A stretch of 64,000 nt of DNA from Gemmatimonadota bacterium (GTDB taxonomy: Bacteria; Gemmatimonadota; Gemmatimonadetes; Gemmatimonadales; GWC2-71-9). How positions within the stretch are numbered: the first letter of the stretch is position 1; the number at the start of each line of letters is the position of its first letter. The notes under the pieces were generated by a model. The model was not told the origin of the DNA and did no database searches. It saw only the letters and a list, made by a program, of their open reading frames with translations. Shown here one piece after another: positions 1-10,249 of this stretch. Where the stretch lies: contig JAZDCZ010000011.1 of assembly GCA_036679605.1 (NCBI GenBank), positions 73,971 to 137,970 on the forward strand, given 5' to 3'. The position numbers and the translations under genes are program-made.

Positions 1-1968
1 TTTGCCCACCGGATTTTCGCCAGGCCAGTAGCGATCCGCGAGGTCTTTGCTGATGATCACGACATCGGGGTTTGTTCCCAGATCAATCCAGTCGAACGTA
101 CGGCCTCTGAGAAGTTGGATCTTCATGGTCTCGAAGTATCGAGGCGTGACGATCCGTTTCTTTGTACGCGGTGGATTGTCCTCGTTGTACTCCTGTCCCA
201 CTATGACGAAGGTGCCGTTGGTGTCGCCACCGTCGAGCGGCAGGTGACTCGTCGCGCCGGCGTCCGCTACGCCTGGCAACGTGACCACACGGTCCATGAG
301 TTCGTCCCAAAACTGCACGCGCTTCGCGGCCGTGTCGTACCGCTTTGCTGAGAGTGATACCTCGAGCGCTAACACGTTGTTCGCGTCGAATCCGGGATCT
401 TCGTTGAGCAGGAGTAACGCGCTCTTGAGCATGAGTGCCGCCCCCGTGAGCAGTACGAGAGACATAGCGACTTCCGCGCCCACGAGGAGCTTGCGCTGAC
501 GCCACGTCGTACGGCTTCCAGATACGCGGCCGGCTGCGCTCTCCTTGAGAGATTCCGCCACGTCGTGTCGACTGGCTCGCAAGGCGGGCAACAGACCAAA
601 CAACAATCCGGCGCCTAGCGAGAGCATCAGCGTGAATGCCGCCACGCGAACGTCAACGGCCGAAGTCGGTGCCAACGTCGCCGCCCGCTCGGCAGCAGCA
701 GCAACCTGTTTAAGGAGGACATCTGAAAGGACAAACCCTGCGACCCCGCCCAGAAGGCCCAGCAACGTGGTCTCGACGACGATTTGTCTGGCGAGTCTGA
801 AGCGCCCAGCGCCTAGCGCGCTCCGAATGGCAAACTCTCGAGATCGGCCGGTGGTATGAGAAAGGAAAAGGCTTGCAAGGTTCGTGCAGACAATGAGGAG
901 CAAGAAGGCAACGGCACCAGCCAGGACGCCCAAGAGTGTGTTAGCATCTCCGACAAGTCGTTCTCGAACGATCTGAAGTAAAATTCCGCTCGTCTCGACG
1001 GCCTCCTCCGTCAGGGCAAGCGCCAGTGCATCAGCACGCGCCTGAGCTTGGACGCGCGACACATCTGAGCGTAGCCTGCCATACACCCGAAGGAAGTGTA
1101 GACTGGCGCGCATCCATTCTCTCTCGACCAACGGCATCCAGACCGAGGCACTTCTCGATTCAACAAGGATCGATGCCTCGCGTGGCATCACACCGATCAC
1201 CGTGTGCGACTCGTCGTTCAGGATGAGAGTCGTCCCCAGCACGGTGGGATCTGCGCCAAACCGGCTCTTCCAAAAGTGTTCGCTCAGCATCACGACGCGC
1301 GTTTCCCGATCACGATCAGTCTTGTCGAAACCCCGTCCGAGCACGGGCGCAAGTCCCAGCACGGCTAGGAAGTCGCCAGCCAGGTACATCCCGCTCAGAC
1401 GTTCGGGCCCCGTGTTGCTGAGCAGCGTGAAGCTCGCGGTGTATCTCGTGGCAATTGCTTGGAGAAACTCGGCACGCTCTTGCCAGTGCCGGAAGTCGGG
1501 ATATGATGTGGGGGACGTTCCTTCGTCGTTTCCTTCCCAGAGCAGCGTGAGTTCATGGTCTCTGGGGAATGGCAGGGGACGAACGAGCGCGGCATCGACC
1601 ACCGAGAAAACCGCAGTGTTTGCTCCGATCCCAAGGGCCAAGATCACAATGGCGACGATCGCGAAGCCCGGTCTGCGTCTCATTTGGCGCAACGCATATC
1701 TCAGATCTTGCCGGAGATCCAGCACGATCTGCAGCCGCCGAACTTTCCTTTCTCGGTTCCGGTCGATCTCGCGCATTTGCAGCTTCACCCGACCAATGTC
1801 GCCAAACAGCTTGAGCGCTTCGGCACGGGCCGCGTCGGGACTCCAACCAGCGGCAACGAGATCGTCGATCTGCATCTGCATGTGAGCATCGACTTCGGCT
1901 GCAACCGCTCGATCGATATGATCTTGGGTCTGGCAGCGTCTGTGTTCTTCGTTCGTTGAATCAGACAT
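1..1968 (-). CDS. ADOP-type duplicated ABC permease, module 1 (class A head); runs off the left edge
   Basis: Not in the ORF track. Manual translation from ATG 1968: MSDSTNEEH...AEVDAHMQMQIDDLVAAGWSPDAARAEALKLFGD...QDLRYALRQMRRRPGFAIVAIVILALGIGANTAVFS. Confidence 0.9.
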   Translation of the reverse strand, partial: MSDSTNEEHRRCQTQDHIDRAVAAEVDAHMQMQIDDLVAAGWSPDAARAEALKLFGDIGRVKLQMREIDRNRERKVRRLQIVLDLRQDLRYALRQMRRRPGFAIVAIVILALGIGANTAVFSVVDAALVRPLPFPRDHELTLLWEGNDEGTSPTSYPDFRHWQERAEFLQAIATRYTASFTLLSNTGPERLSGMYLAGDFLAVLGLAPVLGRGFDKTDRDRETRVVMLSEHFWKSRFGADPTVLGTTLILNDESHTVIGVMPREASILVESRSASVWMPLVEREWMRASLHFLRVYGRLRSDVSRVQAQARADALALALTEEAVETSGILLQIVRERLVGDANTLLGVLAGAVAFLLLIVCTNLASLFLSHTTGRSREFAIRSALGAGRFRLARQIVVETTLLGLLGGVAGFVLSDVLLKQVAAAAERAATLAPTSAVDVRVAAFTLMLSLGAGLLFGLLPALRASRHDVAESLKESAAGRVSGSRTTWRQRKLLVGAEVAMSLVLLTGAALMLKSALLLLNEDPGFDANNVLALEVSLSAKRYDTAAKRVQFWDELMDRVVTLPGVADAGATSHLPLDGGDTNGTFVIVGQEYNEDNPPRTKKRIVTPRYFETMKIQLLRGRTFDWIDLGTNPDVVIISKDLADRYWPGENPVGK

Positions 1969-1986
1969 TGAGTGTCACCGAGCTGG

Positions 1987-2322
1987 TTATTCGGATGCGT
2001 TGACGACCTTCCAGACCGCTTGGGAGATGCGTTGCCATCTGGAGATCTCCTTCTGTAAGTGTTTTTCTCCGCGTCGGGTGAGGTGGTAGTACTTGGCTTT
2101 CCGGTTGTTCTCCGACACGCCCCAATCGGAGGCAATCAACCGCCGCGCCTCGAGCCGGTGCAGGGCGGGGTAAAGCGCCCCGTCATCGATCGTCATCGCC
2201 TCTTCGGTCGTTTCGCGAATCCATTTCACGACGCCGTATCCGTGCACGGCTCCATGTCGAAGACTCTTCAGGATCATCAGATCCAGCGTGCCCTTGAGGA
2301 CTTGCGGCTCCTCGTGGCTCAT
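1987..2322 (-). CDS. PadR-family transcriptional regulator, class A (GTLxLxIL type)
   Basis: VLKGTLDLMILKSL, HGYG, GALYPALHRLE, WGVSENNRKAKYY motifs. Confidence 0.95.
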   Translation of the reverse strand: MSHEEPQVLKGTLDLMILKSLRHGAVHGYGVVKWIRETTEEAMTIDDGALYPALHRLEARRLIASDWGVSENNRKAKYYHLTRRGEKHLQKEISRWQRISQAVWKVVNASE

Positions 2323-2333
2323 GGGAGACAGCT

Positions 2334-2385
2334 CCCCTATAAGTTCTAGAGGAGTGTACGGTGGTTCCTCTATAAGTTCAAGGGG
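2334..2385 (-). promoter_or_regulatory. sigma70-like promoter with two 19-bp class A PadR operators
   Basis: On the minus strand: TTGAAC-17-TACACT. CCCCTTGAACTTATAGAGG overlaps the -35 and CCTCTAGAACTTATAGGGG follows the -10. Confidence 0.75.
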
Positions 2386-2494
2386 AGCACGTCCGAGGAA
2401 GCTCGAGATGGCGGCGATGGGACCTGGCGCGTTATCGGCGCGGTGGCGTGTGATGCTGACAACGCGCGTTAGGGCCGAACCTGAAATCTAGGGG

Positions 2495-2528
2495 TTGACA
2501 TGTCAAGAAGTGCTAATAATTTAGCACT
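2495..2528 (+). promoter_or_regulatory. promoter and putative BlaI operator
   Basis: TTGACA at 2495. Palindrome AGTGCTAA-TAAT-TTAGCACT (2509-2528) covers the -10 region upstream of the BlaI-like gene. Confidence 0.7.
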
Positions 2529-2593
2529 AGGTTAAAAAACCAGCATATCACACGGTTTGGTGTGGCCGCACGCCTTATTAAGGAGTAGCACGA

Positions 2594-2983
2594 ATGCTCG
2601 AACTAGCCTCAAGCGCCTTGAGTCGTCGGGAGCGCCAAATCATGGACGTCATCTACCGCCAAGGATCCGCCACCGCGCAAGACGTTCGCGAGCAGATCGC
2701 CGACGCTCCCAGCTATTCTGCCGTTCGGGCGTTGCTGCGGGTACTCGAAGAGAAGGGGCATGTCCGGCATCGGCACGACGGTCCCCGCTACGTGTATTCC
2801 CCAACGGTCACACGGGGGCGGGCGCGCCAGTCCGCGTTGCGACAGCTGCTCAAGACGTTCTTTGACGATTCTCCTGAGGCAGCGGTTGCTGCACTGCTAG
2901 ACATGTCCCACTCCGACCTCTCGGACCAGGAACTCGGTCGGTTGGCCAAGCTGATCGCGCAGGCGAAGAAGGAAGGACGGTAG
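2594..2983 (+). CDS. BlaI/MecI/CopY family repressor
   Basis: LSRRERQIMDVIY, SYSAVRALLRVLEEKGHV, FFDDSPEAAVAALL. RBS AGGAG. Confidence 0.95.
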   Translation: MLELASSALSRRERQIMDVIYRQGSATAQDVREQIADAPSYSAVRALLRVLEEKGHVRHRHDGPRYVYSPTVTRGRARQSALRQLLKTFFDDSPEAAVAALLDMSHSDLSDQELGRLAKLIAQAKKEGR

Positions 2984-2985
2984 GT

Positions 2986-5763
2986 ATGTCCATATTGCTC
3001 GCGCTGAGTCTCAAGATCGCCGCGGTCCTTGCCGCGACTGGTCTCGTGTCGTTGTTCCTACATCGTGCCTCGGCGTCGCAGCGGCATCTGGTTTGGACGC
3101 TTGGTTTGGGTGTCGCGCTCGCGTTGCCGGCCCTGGCCGTGTTCTCCCCCACGTGGAGCGTTCCTCTGAGCGAGGTATTCGGGGAGGAAGCGCCGGCCGT
3201 GGCCGCCGCGGGGTCACAAGCAACCCCACTGGGGTCCGAACCTACGCCTCGGGAGGTGACGCAGCTGCCTGCCAGCGCGCGCGCGACGACGGAGCCGAGC
3301 GAAGATGTCAGCGGTGCACCCGTCCCAGCGGCAGCACCCGTCCGTCCGAACCCGGCGGGTGTCAGCGCGACTGTTGGCACCCGGCGGTCGTGGACGGCCT
3401 CGATTCCGCCGACCGCGCAAATTCTCGTGTGGAGCTGGCTCGCCGTGACGGCAGTGCTGTTGTGTACGATCGGATTGTCACTAGCGCGCGTTGCACGACT
3501 CGGTGCGCGCTCGACGCCGATCACCGACCCAAGAATCCGACAAATGGCCCGCCGCCTCTCGGACCAGCTCGGTATCCGGCGCCCGGTCCGGCTGGTTGGA
3601 GGGGATGCGTCGAGCATGCCGATGATATGGGGCGCGACGGTACCGGTGCTCCATCTACCTAACACGGCGTCGAGCTGGACCGACGATCGCCTGCGAGCGG
3701 TGCTGCTCCACGAGTTGGCCCACGTTCGCCGCTACGACTATGCGACGCAGCTCATGGCCCGGCTCGCGTGCGCAATTCACTGGTTTAACCCGTTGATGTG
3801 GGTGGCAGCGTACCGGCTGCGCGTCGAGCGCGAGCTGGCCTGCGATGACGTGGTCATCAACGCGGGATCGAAGCCTTCGTCGTATGCCGCTCACCTGCTG
3901 TACATCGCCCGATCGCTGCGTGTGGGTGCGATCGAGTCGGTGGCGTCTATCGCTATGGCCAAACGCTCACAGTTGAGCGGGCGTCTGTTGGCGGTGCTCG
4001 ATCCAGGCCGCGCGCGCTACGCAGTCTCACCGAAGGGAGTCCTCAGGGCTTGTGCGGTCGCGCTGCCCATCGCCGTGCTGATCGCCGGCGCCAGCGGGGC
4101 AGCGGTCGCTGATTCGACCGACCCTGTGACCACGCTCGGTACACCGGCGACGCCGATGGCGTCGATCGAGTTCGAAGAGCCGACTCTGGAGTCCCGGGCT
4201 ACGACATCCGTCCCCGAGCTACCAGCCCGAGGCACTCATGCACTCCCGCAGTGGTCGCAATCGTGTGACTGGGCCGACAGCGAGGGACGACGGTCCTCGT
4301 CCATGTCCATCGAGGACGATCGTATCCGGATCAGTCTCCGCATCGGCGAGTGCTGGCTCGACGTCAAGGCAATGGGCGATATCACGTTCAGCGACGACGA
4401 GCGCGACATCATCTCCATCACCCGTGGCGGGTTCCTCGAGATCGAGGAGCGAAACGGGAGGGATCGCCGCGGCGTGATCATCGAATCGGGAGCCAACGGG
4501 CTCGACCGCAAGTGGATCGTAAACGGGATCGAGCAGCCATTCGGCCAGGACGCGACCGACTGGCTGGCCAGAATGGTGCCGATGATGTTCCGGGTAGCCG
4601 GGTTGGATGCCGAGGCGCGCGCCGCTCGCATCTACGCGCGCGGCGGCGCGGAAGCAGTGCTCCAGGAGATCGAGTTCATTGCGAGCGACCACGTGGCAGC
4701 GAAGTACTTCGCGGTGCTGTTGTCGCAGGACGATGTGGACACGAAGACGGTGCGCCGCGTGATCAGGCAGGCAGGCGCGCAGATTTCCTCGGACTACGCG
4801 TTGGCGGCGTTGTTGATCACGGTGGCAGAGAAGCAGCCACTCGATGACACTGTCCTTGCGGTCTACGTCGAGGCGGCCAACACCTTGGGATCGGATCACG
4901 AACACGGTCGGGTGCTGCGCGCCGTGCTGACCCGCGAGAATATATCCCGGGGGCTAGCTGATGCGATGCTCAAATCTGCCAGGCAGATCGAGTCCGACTA
5001 CGAGGTTTCAAGACTGCTCCTCGCGGTGATCGACCGGCATCCGATCGACGACGCGTTGACACCCGCGTTCATTGCGGTGGTGGAATCCATTGGATCGGAT
5101 CACGAACGCGGTCGCGTACTCGAGGCAGCGCTCAAAGCGGGTGCGCCGAGTCTCCCGGTGCTGGATCGAATCCTGGAGTCGGCGCGTGGGATCGAGTCCG
5201 ACCACACGCTCTCCACGCTACTCATGCGTGTTGGTGAGCTGTATCCCCTCGACCGGCAGCTGCCACGGAGTTTCGTTGCCGCCGCGAAAACCCTCGATTC
5301 TGACCACAACCTGAGTCAGGTTCTCTCGACGCTGCTCGAGCGTGATGCCTTAGGGGAAGACGCGCTACTGCAGGTGCTGGATGTGACCGCGGAAATGGAA
5401 TCGGATCATAGCATGTCGCAAGTCTTGATGCTGGTGGCTGACCGCTACGCGCTCAACGGCCGAGTCGGCCAGAAGTACCTCCGCGCGGTAAGCCGGTCGG
5501 GCTCGGACTTCGAGCGCGGCCGCCTGCTGACCGCCGCGATCGATCGAGCTTCCATCAGCACCGAGATGTTGAGTGGAGTGCTGGAGGTGGCTGCCTCGAT
5601 TGAATCGGAGCACACACTGGCGACCCTTCTGATCAAGGTCGCGCAGCGTCACGGGGTATCGGATGACATCCGGGCGAGTTTCATGCGGGCTACTGACGCA
5701 CTCGGCTCCACTCACCAGCGTGGTAGAGTGCTCGACGCGGCGTTCCCTCGCAACGGGAACTAG
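2986..5763 (+). CDS. M56 family (BlaR1-like) membrane metallopeptidase with C-terminal helical repeats
   Basis: HELAHVRRYD, HWFNPL, ERELACDD. About 11 SD(H/Y) repeats at the C-terminus. Adjacent to BlaI. Confidence 0.9.
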   Translation: MSILLALSLKIAAVLAATGLVSLFLHRASASQRHLVWTLGLGVALALPALAVFSPTWSVPLSEVFGEEAPAVAAAGSQATPLGSEPTPREVTQLPASARATTEPSEDVSGAPVPAAAPVRPNPAGVSATVGTRRSWTASIPPTAQILVWSWLAVTAVLLCTIGLSLARVARLGARSTPITDPRIRQMARRLSDQLGIRRPVRLVGGDASSMPMIWGATVPVLHLPNTASSWTDDRLRAVLLHELAHVRRYDYATQLMARLACAIHWFNPLMWVAAYRLRVERELACDDVVINAGSKPSSYAAHLLYIARSLRVGAIESVASIAMAKRSQLSGRLLAVLDPGRARYAVSPKGVLRACAVALPIAVLIAGASGAAVADSTDPVTTLGTPATPMASIEFEEPTLESRATTSVPELPARGTHALPQWSQSCDWADSEGRRSSSMSIEDDRIRISLRIGECWLDVKAMGDITFSDDERDIISITRGGFLEIEERNGRDRRGVIIESGANGLDRKWIVNGIEQPFGQDATDWLARMVPMMFRVAGLDAEARAARIYARGGAEAVLQEIEFIASDHVAAKYFAVLLSQDDVDTKTVRRVIRQAGAQISSDYALAALLITVAEKQPLDDTVLAVYVEAANTLGSDHEHGRVLRAVLTRENISRGLADAMLKSARQIESDYEVSRLLLAVIDRHPIDDALTPAFIAVVESIGSDHERGRVLEAALKAGAPSLPVLDRILESARGIESDHTLSTLLMRVGELYPLDRQLPRSFVAAAKTLDSDHNLSQVLSTLLERDALGEDALLQVLDVTAEMESDHSMSQVLMLVADRYALNGRVGQKYLRAVSRSGSDFERGRLLTAAIDRASISTEMLSGVLEVAASIESEHTLATLLIKVAQRHGVSDDIRASFMRATDALGSTHQRGRVLDAAFPRNGN

Positions 5764-5914
5764 CCCTCACCGGCGGCTTGGCCGGGGACACACACGAAAG
5801 CGACTTGTCCCACTCGGGGGATCTTATTAGAATAAGGTAGATAAATTTTAATAACCTCCGGGCGGAGCCGCTGCCCGATTCAAAGATCGAGGCTGATCTG
5901 AGGAGGGAGACCCC

Positions 5915-6967
5915 ATGAAACTGACCTGGCGACGTGGAGTTCGTTGGCTGGTGAGGCTCGGTCTGGTCGGGATTGCGCTCACGGTTATCGCGGGATCCGT
6001 CGCTTGGGTCATCGAAACGCGTCTGCAGTCGCGAGATGAACGCCGGTATCCCCCACCCGGCCGACTGGTGAACGTCGGCAATCACTCGATGCACATCCGC
6101 TGCTTGGGCACCGGCACCCCAACCGTCGTCTTGGAGGCCGGCGTCCAGTTCTGGTCTTCCCAATGGTATTGGGTCCATCGTAGGGTTGCCGAGGGGACGC
6201 GAGTGTGTGCCTACGACCGCTCGGGCCTCGGGTGGAGCGAACCGGGGCCGGGGCCGTATGACGGCGAATCGATGGCTCGTGAGCTTCGAGCTCTGCTCGG
6301 AAACGCCACAGAGTCCGGCCCCTACGTTCTGGTCGGACACTCCCTGGGCGGCATGCTCGTCCGCATCTACTATCGGCTCTTCCCGGATGAGGTCGCCGGT
6401 CTCGTCCTGGTCGATCCCGGAATCCCCACCGAGTTCCTCGACCCCGACGAAGACCTCGAAGCCACGTGCGGATGGCGCTGTTCGGCTGCGAGGACCCTGG
6501 CTTCCCTCGGAATCTTCCGCCGGACGTATGCCGGCATCATGACGAATCCGCAGTACCCGGCTGCGGTCGTCCCGCAGACCCGGGCGCTACTTGGGACGCC
6601 CGCCGCCACGTATGCGGCGACACGGACGCTGGCTCGCGTCGGGCGAACGTCCGCTCAGACGATGGCGAACGACGATCTTGACGCGGTCCCGTTGGTTATC
6701 CTGCGCTCGCAAGATTTCCGTCTCGACGAAGACGTAGAGGAGGAGATCCTACAGCGACACCGAGCACGCCGCCAACGCATTCTCGCGGGGATGAGCGAGA
6801 TCCTGGACCTTTCGAGTCGAAGCCGGGGGCCCATCGTCGTCGAGGGATCGAATCACGAATCCCTCATCATGTATGATCGGCACGCGAGGATCGTGAGCGA
6901 AGAGATCGACGAGATGGTGCGCTCGATTCGGGAAGGAGGCGCATCAGCGAAATCCCGGCAGCCGTAA
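5915..6967 (+). CDS. alpha/beta fold hydrolase, N-terminally membrane anchored
   Basis: GHSLGG nucleophile motif, YDRSGLGWS, N-terminal hydrophobic helix, RBS GGAG. Confidence 0.9.
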   Translation: MKLTWRRGVRWLVRLGLVGIALTVIAGSVAWVIETRLQSRDERRYPPPGRLVNVGNHSMHIRCLGTGTPTVVLEAGVQFWSSQWYWVHRRVAEGTRVCAYDRSGLGWSEPGPGPYDGESMARELRALLGNATESGPYVLVGHSLGGMLVRIYYRLFPDEVAGLVLVDPGIPTEFLDPDEDLEATCGWRCSAARTLASLGIFRRTYAGIMTNPQYPAAVVPQTRALLGTPAATYAATRTLARVGRTSAQTMANDDLDAVPLVILRSQDFRLDEDVEEEILQRHRARRQRILAGMSEILDLSSRSRGPIVVEGSNHESLIMYDRHARIVSEEIDEMVRSIREGGASAKSRQP

Positions 6968-7020
6968 TCGGCGATCAAAGCCCGAGAAGCGATGGCGCCA
7001 GGGAAGGAAAATGGTCGGCC

Positions 7021-7584
7021 ATTCGCGAGATCTCCCGCATTCGAGCACTTGACTCACCGATCCGGCAGGAGATCCTCGACAGCGTGCAGGCCATGGGGCT
7101 GTGCGCCATTGGCGACATCGCGCGCGCGCTGAACCGGGCGCCTGAGAACCTCTACTACCACGTCGCGCGACTCATCGACGTCGGCTTGCTGCGCGAGGTC
7201 GGCAAGAGGTCGACCCCGGGCCGACCCGAGGTCCTGTACGACATGCCCGCCGGAAAGCTGCGCGTCCTGTACGATCCCGAGGATCCGGCGAATGTCGAGG
7301 CGGTCACTGATGTGGCGCGCTCGATGCTGCGGGTCGCCGAGAAGGATTTCCGCACGGGGTTCCTCCCTGGCTTGGCGGTAGCCTCGGGGCCGGGTCGCAA
7401 CCTTTGGGCGGCCCGGACCAAGGGGTGGGTGCGTCCCGAAGACCTGGCCGAGGTCAATCGGCTCCTGAACCGGCTCGCCGATCTGTTGATCGACGGGAAC
7501 TCCTCGGAGGGCGGCTCGCTGATCGCACTAACGTGGATCCTAGCCCCGGTCACCCGACGCGACGCCATACAGCAGGACTCTTGA
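7021..7584 (+). CDS. ArsR-like winged HTH regulator (start uncertain)
   Basis: The frame upstream of GTG 7084 reads IRALDSPIRQEILD, followed by LYYHVARLIDVGLL. No in-frame ATG/GTG/TTG before it. Confidence 0.7.
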   Translation: MREISRIRALDSPIRQEILDSVQAMGLCAIGDIARALNRAPENLYYHVARLIDVGLLREVGKRSTPGRPEVLYDMPAGKLRVLYDPEDPANVEAVTDVARSMLRVAEKDFRTGFLPGLAVASGPGRNLWAARTKGWVRPEDLAEVNRLLNRLADLLIDGNSSEGGSLIALTWILAPVTRRDAIQQDS

Positions 7585-7932
7585 AAGGGGATCACAGACC
7601 GGCGCATTCCATACACGGTCCTTGCCCACAGCTGGAAGCCGAACGGCGAATCTTGCGACACGAGGCGCCACAGGCAATCCGACCGCACTGCTTCTACCGA
7701 CCATCAACAATCCCTCTGCAACGATGAAGCGGTTGCCTCCAGCTCCACCGCGGTGACCTAGCTGGGAAACAGGGGTTTGAGCACTTGCATTCGCCCGAAC
7801 CGGGCGTTAATTTGCAGTGCAATAGATGCACTGCAGTTATTTCCATTGACGCCCCCCAATGGTGCTTGGGACCAAGGGTACTGGACGGCCGGCCCACACC
7901 ACCTTCACCCCGTTTACTCAGGAGACCAAACA

Positions 7933-10041
7933 ATGCCGGATTCGTCGTCACCAGCGCGACCCTTCACGACGCTGTTTGCCATAGCTGTAGCGCTCGCGAC
8001 CTCGATCCCGTCGTCGGTGGTTGGCCAATCCGCGGGCGAGGTGTCCGGTCGTAAGGTGATTACCTTTGCGGACCTTCAAACCATCCGAGGTGCGACGGGA
8101 CTCAAGCTTTCCCCAGATGGCGAGCGCATTGTGTTTCAGCAAGGCGGGGCGATCTGGATCCTATCGACGGCGCCGGGTGGCGTGCCCCGCGAGGCTGCCA
8201 CGGGATCTCATCCGACCTGGTCTCCCACGGGGACGGCGCTGGCGTTCTACGGAAGGTCCGCGGAGTCTAACGAACTGCAGGTCTTCAAGTACGACCTACT
8301 AGCAGATCGGAGAGAGCAGGTTACGAACGTGAAGGGCGGCGTGATCGCGGATAGAATCGACTGGTCCGTCGAGGACAAGCTCGTTTTCTCGGCCCAGGTG
8401 CCGTTCGACGCCACCTCGGATTCCGCTGCGCGCCCGGTACCTGAGCCGGCGTCGACCGAACGGGGAACGCCTCTGGTCCTGCGGCAGGGTAGTCCCGACG
8501 GTCACGCGCTCGCCGGCATCCTGGCCGCGGTCAGTGGGCCGCGCTCTCAGGTGGTGGAAACGGTGAGCGAGTTGTTTGTGCACGACTTGGCAGCGGGCGG
8601 GACGAGACAGTTGACCCACGACGCGGCCGGCTATTACAGTCCGGCATGGTCGCCCGATGGCGAGAGGATCGTGTGTGCCTCGCGGGACGGCGTTTACGAA
8701 GCCACGCTCTACCTCATCGACGGCGTCACCGGGGAGCGAACCCTTCTCGTGCCGGGCCTCGAGACGAAGAAGTTCAATCCCACTTGGTCTCCGGATGGCC
8801 GCCAAGTCGCCTACATCTATCACTCGTTCACCGACAGTGACATCCATGGGGCCGCGGTCGTCGCGGCGGACGGAAGCGGGACCATTGGCGAAGGCTCCGG
8901 GGTGCTCTCAGCTCTGGTCGAGGATCTGGCCTGGTCGGCGGACGGCCGTTCGTTGTTGGTCAGCTACACCGACGGCGTCGCCAAGCCCGTCTTTAAGGTC
9001 GATGTCGCAACCGGCGAAACCCGGACGGTGGGCAGCGCCCACCAGGCGGCATTCACGGGCACGCTCACCGTCTCTCGCTCCGGTGCGGTGGCGTGGGCAG
9101 AGGGCCGAGGCGACACCCCGTTCGCGATGCGGCTGCTGCGTCCAGGGAGCAGCGAGGCCGAGGAGATCTACGATCCCAACCCGCAGGTACGAACCTGGGC
9201 GCTCGGCGAGCAGGAAGTGGTGCGCTGGAAGAACAGTCGCGGCCATGACCGCGCCGGCATCTTGATCAAACCCGCCGGATACGACTCAGGCGTCCGCTAC
9301 CCGCTCGTCGTCTCGGCATACTCGCAGGGGACCCATCTGAACGGCTTCCAACGAGTCACGGACCCGGGGTTCGCGAATCAGGCGTACGCGTCGCGCGGGT
9401 ATGCGGTGTTCTTTCCGGGTCCGCGACTGCCCTGGATGTACGGAGCCGCAGCAAGGTCGGAAGCCGAGTCGGAGGCGATACGCGGTGCGGACGGTTGGGA
9501 CCTGACCGTTGATGACGTCGAATCGGGTGTCGATGTACTGATAGAGCGAGGCATCGCCGACCCGGACCGCCTCGCCGTCATGGGCTATAGCAACGGTGGC
9601 GCGGCGGTGGCGGCGCTCATCACCAGAACGAGCCGTTACCGGGCCGCCGTCGCAGTGGCCCCGGCGAATCTCAACTGGGTTCAGCAGGCGCTGTTTCAGG
9701 ACAACATGTCCGGGCGGTGGCTTTCTACAAAGACCTTCACCGGAATCGGCGAGGAGCTGTGGGAAAACCCCATGGCCTACGTGCGGGGTTCGCTCGTCTT
9801 TCAGATGCGTAACGTGGAGACACCGGTGCTGTTGGCCGTGGGTGATCTGGACCACCCGTCGTTCGCGCTGCCGACCATCGAGGCGTATCTGGCGCTACGC
9901 CGTGAGGGCAAGGACGTGACGTTGCTGCGGTATCCGGACCAACGGCACTCGTTCCATGGTCGTGCCCACCAAGATCTGCGAGACCGGATCATGGCCTTTG
10001 TCGAGCGACATCTCGCCCGGCAGGACGAGGCGGGGTCCTGA
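7933..10041 (+). CDS. S9 family (acylaminoacyl/dipeptidyl) peptidase with PD40-type repeats and a signal peptide
   Basis: GYSNGG catalytic Ser motif, repeated WSPDG, C-terminal YPDQRHSF. ATG 7933 follows AGGAG. Confidence 0.9.
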   Translation: MPDSSSPARPFTTLFAIAVALATSIPSSVVGQSAGEVSGRKVITFADLQTIRGATGLKLSPDGERIVFQQGGAIWILSTAPGGVPREAATGSHPTWSPTGTALAFYGRSAESNELQVFKYDLLADRREQVTNVKGGVIADRIDWSVEDKLVFSAQVPFDATSDSAARPVPEPASTERGTPLVLRQGSPDGHALAGILAAVSGPRSQVVETVSELFVHDLAAGGTRQLTHDAAGYYSPAWSPDGERIVCASRDGVYEATLYLIDGVTGERTLLVPGLETKKFNPTWSPDGRQVAYIYHSFTDSDIHGAAVVAADGSGTIGEGSGVLSALVEDLAWSADGRSLLVSYTDGVAKPVFKVDVATGETRTVGSAHQAAFTGTLTVSRSGAVAWAEGRGDTPFAMRLLRPGSSEAEEIYDPNPQVRTWALGEQEVVRWKNSRGHDRAGILIKPAGYDSGVRYPLVVSAYSQGTHLNGFQRVTDPGFANQAYASRGYAVFFPGPRLPWMYGAAARSEAESEAIRGADGWDLTVDDVESGVDVLIERGIADPDRLAVMGYSNGGAAVAALITRTSRYRAAVAVAPANLNWVQQALFQDNMSGRWLSTKTFTGIGEELWENPMAYVRGSLVFQMRNVETPVLLAVGDLDHPSFALPTIEAYLALRREGKDVTLLRYPDQRHSFHGRAHQDLRDRIMAFVERHLARQDEAGS

Positions 10042-10178
10042 GTTGGGCCGGAAAACCTGAGCTGGCTGACGCAGCCTGATCGGGTTACCGTGGGTTAACG
10101 CGATCTGACAGGTCATGCACCAGTGCGACATGCGGCAATACGAGTCGCACCGGGACACGAGGACCGGCCCATCTCTAG

Positions 10179-10203
10179 GTCTATCAACCGGACCTGGATA
10201 GAC
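10179..10203. promoter_or_regulatory. inverted repeat, putative class C PadR operator
   Basis: GTCTATC-N11-GATAGAC upstream of the PadR at 10250. Confidence 0.5.
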
Positions 10204-10249
10204 GTCCAATAACCGGCAAGAGGTGAGCCGCACCAAAACGAGGTGAGAG

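Noticed and set aside
2440..2476. GTTAGGG attC-like right end
   Set aside because: No complementary TAAC left end or pairing arm was found.
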